Assembly: GCA_951804945.1 (NCBI GenBank)
Contig: OX638151.1
Location: forward strand, 61,442,001 to 61,506,000
Length of the DNA stretch: 64,000 nucleotides
Source of the DNA: Podarcis cretensis
Lineage: Eukaryota
Direction: 5' to 3'
The notes under the pieces were generated by a model. That model searched no databases. It was not told where the DNA came from and saw nothing but the letters and a program-made list of their open reading frames with translations. This document shows positions 1 to 11,744 of this stretch, piece after piece. The position numbers were made by a program, and so were the translations under genes. Within the stretch, counting starts at the first letter, position 1. Each line of letters opens with the position of its first letter.

Positions 1-6
1 TTATTA

Positions 7-55
<49 letters not shown>
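1..55. repeat. (TTA)n microsatellite; reads as an (AAT)n tail directly 3' of the minus-strand tRNA-derived element
   Basis: Visible pure trinucleotide run, truncated by the window start. Confidence 0.97.
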
Positions 56-56
<1 letters not shown>

Positions 57-120
57 CCCATACGGGAATCAAACCTGCTACCTTGGCGTTATCAGCACCA
101 TGCTCTAACCAGCTGAGCTA
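55..120 (-). pseudogene. tRNA-Ile-derived sequence (SINE head or tRNA retropseudogene), anticodon GAT
   Basis: Reverse complement is TAGCTCAGCTGGTTAGAGCATGGTGCTGATAACGCCAAGGTAGCAGGTTTGATTCCCGTATGGGAT, colinear with vertebrate tRNA-Ile(AAT). B box is decayed (GTTTGATT) and the acceptor stem is broken, so it is not a functional tRNA. Confidence 0.8.
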
Positions 121-774
121 TATGGTGCTATATAGTAGCTGCATTTCTGAATGGGAGTCTCTTGGCTCCTATGTGTGGTGGTCATCTGGCTGGCCAACAC
201 ACTTTGGTTTATTTGATGGCCGGCATGAAGATTCAGGGTGTGGGGGAGCAGAGTTTGTCTCCCACTTCCATTCAAAAGTGCCAACACTGCACCTGATTAC
301 AAGGAAGCATTCTGCCTTCTTTTACTTCTCTTTTCAAAATGGCTCTCTTTATGTTTGCTAAAACAAGTGTCTCCCATAAGAAAGTTTGTGCAGTGTGTTT
401 TTCGGGAAGTGGAGAGGAACTTTAAATAAAAAGAATTTGAAAAGAAAATTAACTTAATGGAGTCTGAGTGAGTATTCAATCTTGCTAGACAGCAGATCTG
501 TCTTATTTTAAGGCTAATTACTCATAATTAAACAAAGGGTTAACACATTTTGCTGGAAGAAGAGCACAGTCCAAACTATGTTGAGACATTGTTTCTGTTA
601 AAAATTCAGCCTAAAACTGATCCATTTGGCAGGATTGCTGTGTGATCTTGGTGAAACCTCAACTATTTTTTGGAGAAACTTATAATAGTGAAATAGTAAG
701 TAAAACTCTGACTATACTTAAGATTCTTCTACATTGAAAAGCATTCATATTAAAACATGTTTAAAGATGTTTAC

Positions 775-897
775 CTGTTGATGGAACTACTATGGCATAA
801 GTCCTGTTCGGTGGGTCTGAAGAATTCTGCCATGTTGTCCAGTAATCGACTGAACCCTCTATTTAAGCATGAACTCAAAACTCTATTGAAATCTGGA
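775..897 (-). CDS. PEX3: Peroxisomal biogenesis factor 3, coding exon 10 (123 nt)
   Basis: Translates [40 protein letters not shown]; AG/GT flanks; phase consistent. Remaining exons are outside the window. Confidence 0.96.
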
Positions 898-1436
898 CTG
901 GAATAAATCAATCAAATAATAATAGATATATAAATCCCTCTCTACATGCCAACGTATTTAAAATGTAATTTAAATAAAACTGATACTTTGCTGATGGGGA
1001 TACGAGGCTAGATCAAACATAACACTAAACTAGAAAAGGGGCATTTCAGGCACCTCCAGGCCTCTCTGGCTGGGCCTGAAAGAATATACTGGAGGCCTAT
1101 TTGTTCTTCCTCTGCTCTTCTTGCTCCAATTCACTCCCCACCCTCATCTCTATGAAGCAAAGTTTGCGTCTTTGCCAGTAATTAAAATGAGCTTCAACCC
1201 CAAGTTTAGAGACAAGCTATATTTTCTCAGTTTGGATAAAACAGCAAACTGTGGTTTGCTCAAACAGGGACAAGGGAAGTGGAGAATCAAAGAATTTGAG
1301 AAAGGCTTTTTTTTTTAAAAAAAAGATACTTTGTTATGCAAAATCACCTTCAATTTCTCCACTCTGATAAAAAATTAGTTTCCTATTTCCTAAGTTTACT
1401 TAGCCTAAGTTACCAAAAATAACATTTGCCGCATAC

Positions 1437-1507
1437 CTGTCCAACATGTCTCTTGTCTCATTAAGTAATTTAATAGTAGCCACATCTCCTTCTGTAAGTC
1501 CACTGGC
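1437..1507 (-). CDS. PEX3: PEX3 coding exon 9 (71 nt)
   Basis: ASGLTEGDVATIKLLNETRDMLD; AG/GT flanks. Confidence 0.96.
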
Positions 1508-1759
1508 CTAGAAAGACAAACAACAGAGCATAAAAGCAACTTGGATAGTGCTCCAAGTGAATGTACAGGATTACTTTATTTATGTTGAACCTTTTTTGTT
1601 CGGAAAGGTCTGGTTCTTGTTCAGACAGAAGCAAACTAAAAGATTTGAGTTTCAAGTTTAAATTCTGCTACTTTTTTAAAAACCCAGAGCCAATCTCTGC
1701 CCCGCCCCCAACAACTTCAGGTTTGGTTTGGTTCCCTGCTCACAATACTATGAAAATAC

Positions 1760-1928
1760 CTGAGTAGCTAATGGATTCTCTTCATCTGGCATCATGTAAT
1801 GACACAGCAGAGACTGGGATCCAGTGTCTTCAGATGATGACCCATCTCCAGGCTGTTCTATCACCTTTCTAATTTCTTGTAGCTTCTGGTCCAAATCCAA
1901 GAGAGAAAGAGCATGTTTGAGAGAAACA
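1760..1928 (-). CDS. PEX3: PEX3 coding exon 8 (169 nt)
   Basis: [25 protein letters not shown]...[17 protein letters not shown]; AG/GT flanks. Confidence 0.96.
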
Positions 1929-2036
1929 CTGCAGGGGGAAGGAGTTAAACATTATTTATCACATCAGTTGAATGCATCCCAATGAATTACTTTAAAAATA
2001 CACATGAAAACTTTTTTAAAAGCCTATTTTTTTTAC

Positions 2037-2091
2037 CTCCCAAATGCATCCTGCACAGCTTTTTTAACCACAGTAATTAATTCGGTCAAAC
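2037..2091 (-). CDS. PEX3: PEX3 coding exon 7 (55 nt)
   Basis: LTELITVVKKAVQDAFG; AG/GT flanks; 98-nt intron separates it from exon 6. Confidence 0.95.
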
Positions 2092-2189
2092 CTAAGGCAG
2101 AAGAAAAACGTTACTGAAGACTAGCTACTCATTTGTTCAAACTCTGCAAATATTGGCACTACGTAGGAAGAGGTTTACAGATATCATAC

Positions 2190-2256
2190 CATCTCCTAGA
2201 AGGTGCTGAATACTTGATAAATATTGCTGTTGGACTTCAGGGGGAGCTAGAGGTGT
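2190..2256 (-). CDS. PEX3: PEX3 coding exon 6 (67 nt)
   Basis: [22 protein letters not shown]; AG/GT flanks. Confidence 0.96.
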
Positions 2257-2991
2257 CTATAAGGAGAAAAACATTCTGTAATGTTTCTGTTACTTTATGG
2301 AACAGTGTGTTTATCCTCCATGTGTCTGTACAACCAGTCAGGATGCAGAATTCCCCTCCCCGTGCCTTCTCTGTGCTCTCCTGCTGCTGGCATCACTCTC
2401 AAGATACCCTGGATCTTAACAGCCTCAGCCATCTTTAAACACAGAACAACAGAGGACAGAACAATTCAAATCTCTCTTTTTTAAAAAAGCCTTATAGATC
2501 CTCTCTCATTATAAATAAGAGCTAACATTGGGAACAACCACACAAGCATGGAACACCAAATTTATTTCCTTTTTGCTGTGCTGTCAACTTATTCAACACC
2601 AACAAAACGGATGAACCGCCCCCAATATGAGGGCCAGAGAGTTTACAAAAAAAGGAATTCAAGAAGCATCATCTCTGCTCTTTAGCATCATTCACTTTGT
2701 AAATCAGTCCAATCTTCTAATACTCATAAATTGAGAATATCCACTCGTGCCTCATCTGCTAGCAGAATGGCCTTGCACATGTGCAACAGAATCTCTCATT
2801 CTTCTCCTCCCTCTTCATTTGGGAGGGTGCAGGGAGAGGAGAGGAAGGAGCAGTCCTGTCATGCAAGCAGAAAGTTCACTTGTGATGTTGGATTTCATCC
2901 TCAGCATATAATTAACGTCAATTGGATTTCTGTAAGTATAATACTATGTACTGGATTCTACATATTATAGCCACCCTTACTGAATTTTTCA

Positions 2992-3195
<204 letters not shown>

Positions 3196-4270
3196 CTAAT
3201 AATTAGCATGTCATCTAAAGTAATGCAGAGTAATAAATATTGTATATATGGGATAGAGTAACTGTTTACCGTTCTGGTTTTATGTGCAAAAAACATAACT
3301 TTCTAGAGCTTATTTAGAGGGGCTATCTGTATTTCGTGTCTTCTTCAAAAAGGTGTTTCTTTTGGGTAATCAAGAGCTTAAGATGCAATGAGCTCAAACA
3401 AGGACAAATTTTACAAGCCTATTACTTAGGCTTGCAAGAACAAGGCAAAGCAATCCAAACAAGGGGCTGGGAAAGTGTGGAACAGATTATTTTCACTACA
3501 TCAGCTCCAGGCTGGTGTAGCTGAATATCTCAAGGGGGGGGGTTGGGTCCCATTGATCCCAATCTGCTAGTACCCCACTTTAGAGCTTTCCGCTGGCTAC
3601 CACAGGTGAGAGATTAGTGCAGCGTTTCCCAACCAGTGGTTCACAAAACCTGTATAAGTGGGTCATGGGCTTTGTAAGAAAACCCTAAATAAGTATTGCT
3701 TGCAATCCTTTATCTTACAACTTTTTGTTTTGTTGGCATGTTATAAAGCTGCATTAACACTTTTGTTAGAAAGATTCAATTTCCACATTTTAACACTTGG
3801 GAAGGTCAAAAATTAACGTGACAATAAATTGATGGGCCACTATGCCATGTAAGTTTGGGCTTGGGTATTGCCATATCAAAAAGGTTGGGAACTACTTGCT
3901 GAGTGCATGGCTAGGCAAAGATGAGGCCTCTGCCAAAGCAGAGCCTTTCCCTGCTGCCTACCTCTGGCAATGAAGGCCAGTAGAGAGGCAAGTACATACC
4001 ATCCTGACAAACCATCTGCAGACATTGGGGTGGGGACAGGAATGCTCTGTAAGGCTACAATCCTATGTATAATAAGCTGGTAGTAAACTTCATTGAACAG
4101 AATGGCACTTGCTTCTGAAGAAGTACGTATCTGATAGTTCTGCTTACAGATTGCAATGTGCACTGGAGCTGGACCAGAGTTGCATTTTGAAGAAAAACCA
4201 GAAGCTCTGCTATGTGCATACATAAAAAGAGGCTCACTGGATCAGAGCATAATTATTCCTTTCAACTTAC

Positions 4271-4314
4271 TTATAATCTTCAAATCTTCCCATATTTCTA
4301 ATTTGTTGGCTGGT
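4271..4314 (-). CDS. PEX3: PEX3 coding exon 4 (44 nt)
   Basis: PANKLEIWEDLKII, the conserved segment containing the Trp of the PEX19-binding groove; AG/GTAAGT flanks. Confidence 0.96.
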
Positions 4315-4870
4315 CTAAGAAAACACAAAATTGGAAACATTGAAAATGAACGGTCTTGGTAGAAAGAAAGCTCAATTTCTGTCTACATTAAAGTGAAAAT
4401 TCAATTTTCACTTTAATATAGGCATGAACAAGCATTGAAACTGCTTGGGAGGAAATGCTTGGAGGAAAATCAAGATATAATTAACCAAGCCTGGGGATTT
4501 GAGGCTCTGAAGAAATTTACAAATGTAGCCCTAACAGGCCTTTGTAAATAATATTTCAACAAGCATTTTTCAAACTAACTGAAACACACAGGAATTTGCT
4601 TTATGCTTCCTCTACGTGTTTCATAGAACATGCATTATAAATACTTTTTATTATCATTTCCCCACCAATGCATATTAGATACAAAATGTGCTACATGGTT
4701 TTAATTCTTATATTTCTCTATCAGGATAAAATAACTTTAAAGGCTTTCACAGCCCACAGATTCAGGTTGCAGGGAATAATTTTCCTACATGATAGTTACA
4801 TATGCACATTCCACTTATAGCCCAAATATAAAGAGTAGGCATTCAAACCAAATCAACAGATCACACTTAC

Positions 4871-4952
4871 CTATTCTTCAGCAGTGAGGTGAGGCTCTCA
4901 GAATTCAGTTGATACATCAAAGCATCCCTTAATGTTGGAAGCATTGACAGGA
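4871..4952 (-). CDS. PEX3: PEX3 coding exon 3 (82 nt)
   Basis: [26 protein letters not shown]; AG/GTAAGT flanks. Confidence 0.97.
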
Positions 4953-6102
4953 CTATTAACAAAAAGCATATGATTAGGAACGTAACCAGCGTACATAAAA
5001 TCTCATAAACAAATCATTTATTCAGTAATTGCTATGATCACATGTGCATGTGTTTTTTGAATCTTCCTCCTCCCTCTAGCACACCTGTGAGGAACATTTA
5101 GTCCACCAAATGTCAGTGGTTTACAACTCCCACATCCCTGGTCATTGGCATGTTTGCTGAGGCTTATGCAAATTGTAGTTTAGCAACATCTGAAGAGTTA
5201 AAGGTTTTCCACACTTGCTATAGCAGCTCATGGGAAACTGCTTTAGAGGGCTGGGACTCCTTCCTGAACAGCACAGGAAGTGGTGAACTAACAAGGGAGA
5301 ATAGACTAAAATGGCCTCCCCTTCTCTCTCCAGCCAAGCATCTGCTGGATCTCAGAACGTTCAACAGGATCTCAACAGGGGAAGCTGTTCCGTTCATAGA
5401 ACTGCAAGTTTGAATCCAACTCTTGGTCTTTGGGACATAAATATAAGGATCATTTGTTTTTGTTTTCTTAAAAAAGCACAAACTGGAAGTATGCACAATG
5501 ACACCTTTAATATTATTGTTTCCAGCTTTAGTTGCCCCTGTTCAAAAAGGAGGAATTCAAAGCCACAGTGCAAAGAGCACTTTTGCAATCAGAGAACTAA
5601 TTTTATGAATAGAGACTAAATGATCTGAGTCTTTTAGAGTAAAGGAAGCTCAGTATGGATATGATTGCTTTTAAAAATAGTTTAACAAAGATGCACAAGA
5701 TAAGAACAGCCCATAAAATGTGCAGAAAAATAAAACAAGATTAGCTATAAAAGCCCAACTAACCTTAGGCTACAGATGGTCCTTCATGAGTTTTAAATGT
5801 AGTTTGCCATGCAACTTAAGGGGCTGCTGTTAACAAAACACAAGTCCCTCTGGAAATGCGAAGCTAGATATGCAATTTTTTTGATCCTAGCTACTAGATG
5901 ATTTTGTTTATATTACCTCAATCAAAAGACCACTTCAGTTTAGGCAACACACCAAACCATAGTTAAGGAAGTTTAACTATGATTTGGCATGACAAATCAT
6001 GGTTCAGTGATCAGTTGTCAAACTGGCATCAGAAACTATGGTAATTAATATGTGCTGAGAAAACAGGAACCAACAATAGGCAAGTGACGTGCACTTTAGT
6101 TA

Positions 6103-6321
<219 letters not shown>

Positions 6322-7888
6322 TTACAAAATACCAAACAGTTTCTTCTGCTTTAGAATATATTTTTCTCTTGATTTCAGCAGAAATTGTAAAAATGTTACC
6401 CAGAACAAGTTCTCACAATTAGATTAAATGATCATAAGTAAGGCTGGATCCCATCACAGTACAGGATTACCAAAACAGCATATGTGCTAAATAAAACTGT
6501 TCCTAATTTCCAGACTGTCTTCCCTTTCTCAGGCAAAAATGACCTACAATGGATTATGATAGAAAATTATTGGTAATAGTTTCACACAATCAGATAAAAT
6601 AGTTGACTATACAGATTATTTAAGTACTTTTAGCAAACTGATAATGGAAATAGAGTCCCCTGGTTAAGTAGTGATGAATACTGAGATGAGAAAAGCCTAA
6701 TTCATGGCAAATGGATATATAGCAGTTTCAAATGTAAGTTATGAAGCAATGGCTGCTACTGCCACATACTCCCTGTTGTATTTGCAGTGTCCCGTGCACA
6801 GCGGAATGATGAGGAATACGTGCACATACTCTATATTGCTTTATTTACATTTCAAAGCTGGTAGATTACAGAAAAACATCTTGCCTCTGCCGGAGCAGAG
6901 AAAGCGTCCTCTCTCCTCTGAAGCACGGAGAGAATCACACAGTGAGAACAGTGAAAAACAGGAAACCAGTGTACGTCACATCCAGTCTCCCTTTCCCGTG
7001 GGAAAACTCCAACAGCAACTCTGACTGGAATGTAAACATTGTCTTGTGACAAGCATTTCGCTGCGCCAGTGAAGAGAGCAGAAACCAACACTCCCCTATT
7101 TTGAAATATAAAATTCTAATGACTTACAATACAAGATATCAGCACATGAAATGTATATATCCAGAAAAGCACAATAAAGGGATAAGTGTTTTCCCACCAG
7201 TACAGAGCAAAAAACAAATCGGGGTGGGGGTGGGGAGCAAGTATCTGCAAGAGCTGGTTATAACAGGATGATTGTGCAAAAAGAAAGACTTTGATCTGAA
7301 AAGAAGGAATGAGTCCATACATGCACTTGTTAGGAAAGATTAAGACAAGTTATAATCTGAAACGAGTGAATAAGGAACAGGCCTGAACTCGAGCACCTTC
7401 AGCAATTTTGAGCTTAAAAAAAGTTTTTCTTGGGGGGTGGGGGACTACTTTTCAAGGCAGGGAAAAGGAGGACTGACACACCAGATTCTGGCTAAAAGAC
7501 ACAAGAAATCAGCTGAAATAAATGCACAAGGAGGGAGAAACAGCAGGAGACGCAGCCTGGGAGAGAAGGTGTGTGGCCACCATAGAGCAAGAGCAAGTGG
7601 CCCTCTCTTGACTTCAGCCCCTGCCTTACAATACACAGGAATACTAGAGCTGGCCTGCGTAGCAGGTTTGTTGGTGTTGTAACTGGCGCAACCTCACCTG
7701 AACTCAAAAAGATAAGGAACTGCACACCGACATCCAGTGCTATAATTGCTTGGGCTTACCTGGGAGTAAGCCCCACTACAAACAGTAGGGCTTACTGCTG
7801 GGAGATTTGGGGGGGGGGAGGAATCTCAGGGAACAAGGCAGCAGGTGTGTGTGTGCATGGGGGGAGGCGGAGCGTATGGGGGAGAGAA

Positions 7889-8173
7889 CAGGGCTGGATT
7901 TAGGTTTGATGAGGCCCTAAGCTACTGAAGGTAAAGGGGCCCTTTATATTTCCAGCCGTCCTTTGTCAACAACAAATTGCCGCTGTTTTTTGTGCTGAAT
8001 ATATGCTATATGGTTATTTCTGGACCTAATAGGTATCTAAAGCCATTCGCCTCTGTTGCTGTATGTAGGTTTTATCTTATATTTTGGAAATTTACACCCA
8101 TGGTTTTTTTCCTTTAATTTTTTGTGGGGCCCTAAGCTATAGCTTGTTTAGCTTATACGAAAATGCGGCACTG
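7889..8173. mobile_element. Non-autonomous hAT-type DNA transposon (MITE), 285 bp, in PEX3 intron 1
   Basis: Imperfect TIRs CAGGGCTGGATTT / AAATGCGGCACTG; 8-bp TSD GGAGAGAA (7881-7888) vs GGTGAGAA (8174-8181); internal repeated GGCCCTAAGCTA. Confidence 0.75.
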
Positions 8174-8273
8174 GGTGAGAAGCAAAGCCAGCCAAAGGCC
8201 CCCTTCCTCGGGAAGGGCTATGCGGAGACCGAGGAGGACACGCAAGCAGAAGGGGGGGGTTCTTCTCACTTAC

Positions 8274-8346
8274 CGCCCACGAAGGCGCCCAGGAAGAAGC
8301 ATTTCTTTTTGTGGCGCTTGAGGAAGCCCCACACGGCCAGCAGCAT
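8274..8346 (-). CDS. PEX3: PEX3 coding exon 1 (73 nt, start codon)
   Basis: ATG at 8346-8344; MLLAVWGFLKRHKKKCFFLGAFVG with the basic RHKKK peroxisomal membrane targeting patch; GTAAGT donor. Confidence 0.96.
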
Positions 8347-8604
8347 CCCGGCGTCCGCGGAAAACAAGGGCTCGGCGCTGCCTCTTCGCCGTAGCGCAGC
8401 CGCTGCAAAGCCTCCAGCCCCGCCCCGGACGTCGGCCACGCAAAGCGAAGGCAGCGGCTGCTGCCGCTCCGCCTCCTACCTGCATTCTAGTCCCCCACCT
8501 CTGCGCGGTCCGTCTAGATCCCGATCCCCCCCGAAACATCGGCTCCGTACTCTCCGTTCCGGGGCTGTAGTGTCGGCGGCGGCCCTGCTCGCCTCTATAG
8601 AGAG
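8347..8604. promoter_or_regulatory. Bidirectional CpG-island promoter and 5'UTRs shared by PEX3 and ADAT2
   Basis: Only 258 nt between divergent ATGs; CpG-dense from ~8150 to ~8900 against a CpG-depleted background; ETS-like TTCCGG at 8557-8562 abutting a minus-strand ACTACAGCCCC at 8561-8571. Confidence 0.85.
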
Positions 8605-8676
8605 ATGGAAGCGGAGAAGGGGCGAGCGGTGGCCGCAGGGGAAAGGGAGGCCTGGATGGACCTCGCTGTAAATATG
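8605..8676 (+). CDS. ADAT2: tRNA-specific adenosine-34 deaminase catalytic subunit, coding exon 1 (72 nt)
   Basis: ATG in GAGATGG context; MEAEKGRAVAAGEREAWMDLAVNM matches the ADAT2 WM..A..M helix; GTGAGT donor; phase 0 with exon 2. Confidence 0.9.
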
Positions 8677-8822
8677 GTGAGTGAGTGAGGGTGGGGAGCG
8701 GAGGGGATGCATAAAAGGACGGTCGCGTGAGTCTTGTGCCTGGGATGCTCGTCGAAGCAAAAACGAGTCTCATGGCGCGTTAAACGCCTAGGCAGTTTTG
8801 TTGTCATCTAAGGGTGTAGGAT

Positions 8823-9193
8823 GGGACGCAGGTGGCGCTGTGGGTTAAAGCCTCAGCGCCTAGGGCTTGCCGATCGAAAGGTCGGCGGTTCGAATCCCTG
8901 CAGCGGGGTGCGCTCCCGCTGCTCGGTCCCAGCGCCTGCCAACCTAGCAGTTCGAAAGCACCTCTGGGTGCAAGTAGATAAATAGGGACCGCTTACCAGC
9001 GGGAAGGTAAACGGCGTTTCCGTGTGCGGCTCTGGCTCTGGCTCTGGCTCTGGCCAGAGCAGCGATGTCACGCTGGCCACGTGACCCGGAAGTGTCTCCG
9101 GACAGTGCTGGCCCCTGGCCTCTTAAGTGAGATGGGCGCACAACCCCAGAGTCTGTCAAGACTGGCCCGTACGGGCAGGGGTACCTTTACCTT
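8823..9193 (+). mobile_element. Full-length Sauria SINE (tRNA-derived), young copy, in ADAT2 intron 1
   Basis: Head GGGACGCAGGTGGCGCTGTGG, A box 8833-8843, B box GGTTCGAATCC 8887-8897, core CCTGCCAACCTAGCAGTTCGAAAGCAC, (ACCTTT)2 tail; perfect 13-bp TSD TAAGGGTGTAGGA at 8809-8821 and 9194-9206. Confidence 0.93.
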
Positions 9194-9654
9194 TAAGGGT
9201 GTAGGAGCTGGATTAGGCCAAAGGCCCACCAAGGACACTCAGTACAGCATCCAGTCTTCACAATACCCCTAGGCCTAGGGGAAGCCCGTAAACCCCTTGT
9301 CAGTGCTGATTCTCTCAGACATGTATGGATAAAGGAAGCGTGTCTTTCCTTTAGTACCCTTGGGTGCAGCTCACAAGCTCCAAAGGTTTGAATTCATTTA
9401 CACTAGCTAGGTATTACCTTACCACCTCCCCCCCCCTTCCTATCTTGGCCTTCAACATCCTCCCTGCATCGTCTATTATGTTATCACCAGGATGGACCTT
9501 CATTCCATTTGGGTTAAGACAGAGGCAAAGTACTGTAGTTTGTTGAGCAGTTCCGACTTCTCTTGTGTCATCCAACAGCATTTCTCCCATCTCCATGCAG
9601 ATGACCTACTACTTGCTTGTTCTTCCTATTGTTTCAAACATAGCCAAAGAAGCA

Positions 9655-9683
9655 TTTGTTTGTTTGTTTGTTTGTTTGTTTGT
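9655..9683. repeat. (TTTG)n microsatellite
   Basis: Visible tetranucleotide run. Confidence 0.9.
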
Positions 9684-9732
9684 AACTTCTCTAACAAGCC
9701 TGAGCTCATTCTGAGGATAGATGTAGATAAGG

Positions 9733-9966
9733 GGTAAAGGTAAAGGGACCGCTGACCATTAGGTCCAGTCGTGGCCGACTCTGGGATTGTGGCGCTCATC
9801 TCGCAATATTGGCCGAGGGAGCCGGCGTACAGCTTCCGGGTCATGTAGCCAGCATGACTAAGCCGCTTCTGGCAAACCAGAGCAGCACACGGAAATGCAA
9901 TTTACCTTCCTGCCAGATTTATCTACTTGCATTTTGACGTGCTATCAAACTGCTAGGTTGGCAGGA
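9733..9966 (-). mobile_element. 5'-truncated Sauria SINE, antisense, in ADAT2 intron 1
   Basis: Begins with GGTAAAGGTAAAGG (reverse of the ACCTTT tail) and runs to AACTGCTAGGTTGGCAGGA; target sequence TAGATAAGGGGTA at 9724-9736 and 10002-10014. Confidence 0.9.
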
Positions 9967-10398
9967 AGATAAGGGAAGAGAAGAAGAGAACTATATTTTG
10001 CTAGATAAGGGGTAGCAAAATATAGTTCTCTTCTTCTCCTCCCTCTCCTGCATTTTGGCATCATTTAACATCTAGCATGATGAAAAGTTCAGGACAACTT
10101 GAAAGCATGCACTCAAATTTGTGATATTATTGCAGTTGGCCAGATATTGCCCTAATGTGGGTTTTTGAATTTTTATTGTGTTCTAACATGGCTGCCTTTG
10201 GTTATTATATGAAAAGTGGGGAACAGATTAATTTCCACCCTTACTCTTGAGAGTAATCCTTGGGTAAGAATATATTGGAATTGGCTGCTTTCTTAATGCT
10301 GGCTTGTGGGGTGGGAGGATTTGGAACGCAATGTACTTTGCCTTGGTGTATATAATCGTGATAAAGCTGCTCTTGTTTATTCATTTTGTGTCTGATAG

Positions 10399-10527
<129 letters not shown>

Positions 10528-11744
10528 TAATGTAAATCACTGCACTGCATATGCGGGTAAAAACTCCTTAAGTTGGTATGATTGTAATCATTTTTGCAGT
10601 CCAAAAACATGCATCTTGTGTAACTTCTGAGTGGCATATGTACACTGCTGTCTCTGGAATATTTGCATGTTTGTGCTCCTTCTTTCTGGAAATTAGGTGT
10701 GTAAAGCACTGTGTTTTCAGTAGTTCTCTGCAACTCTTGAACATCTTCCAATAGGAGAAATATCACCTGGAACCCTTCCTACTGTAATTCAGAAGGGCCA
10801 TGACAACATTCCTTTTCTACAAGGCATTTGGCATAGCACTGATTTCTGAATGCTGGTGAGAATTCATTTTCATTACTTTTGGTCCTTTGATTTGTTGTTT
10901 CAGCTTCTGTGTTTTTATCGTAACTGTATCCGGCCTTTCTGCATATTAATGCAACTGCATTTTAATTAAAACTTTTTTTTAAAAAAATAGTATAATTCTT
11001 AAAAGCAGCAGCTTTTCGCTGAAATATTTTCAGGACACAGCTAAAGCTGATACAGTGGTGTTTATTTATTTTTTTAAAAAACATTTTAACTTTGTTAACA
11101 ATCTCAAAGATTTTCTGATCAAAAGTTGATGTGTTTTTCATCTTATTTTTATAAATGTTTGCCAAGAAAAGTTGCAGTTTACTGTCAGTATTCCATTCAC
11201 AAAATGCATGCATGTTTTTGTTGTAGCTGTGTGGGGTTTTTTAAGCTCTGGTATCTGTGCCCGAGTACAAAATGTGAGAAGTGATCCTGAGCTGGATTGT
11301 ATGTTGAACAGCATAATAGACTTGTTTTAATCTGCAGCTGGGGGAGTTCACTGTTCAGATAGTGCAGCCAATACTTCTCTGAGCTGACCCTTCTGAATTG
11401 TCTGGCAGGAGATGGAGCAAATATTACCAGCATGTTTTTCCCTCTGGCAGCTTCCTTGCCTGCTCTTGTTTTCCCTCCTTCATGCTTCTGTTTCTGTTTG
11501 AACGTGCATTGTTTGTTCTTTTTGGCTGTAACAGTTATCTGGCACACTAAACCTCACTTGCAAGCATAACCTGCCCACCCACCTGGTTTGTCCTTGAAGA
11601 TGTTTCATCGATAACCTCTAGCATCCAGTTTGGTCATTTGAGTATGCATATATTACATAGCACAGCAAACCTAACAGAGCTCTCTGAGTTGCTCACAATC
11701 AAGGGCAAAATTCAAAGCATCAAGGTAACAGTGTAACAATATTA

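Noticed and set aside
55-127. Functional tRNA-Ile gene
   Set aside because: The acceptor stem does not pair and the T-loop/B box is mutated; treated as a retroposed relic.
8084-8773. Long overlapping ORFs of 195 aa (+) and 167 aa (-) across the promoter
   Set aside because: They arise from stop-poor GC-rich CpG-island sequence and are out of frame with the real PEX3 and ADAT2 first exons; one starts inside a MITE.
8853-9272. ORFs with PEPEPE, ARARAR or LWLWLW repeats
   Set aside because: These are translations of the (GCTCTG)n array inside the Sauria SINE.
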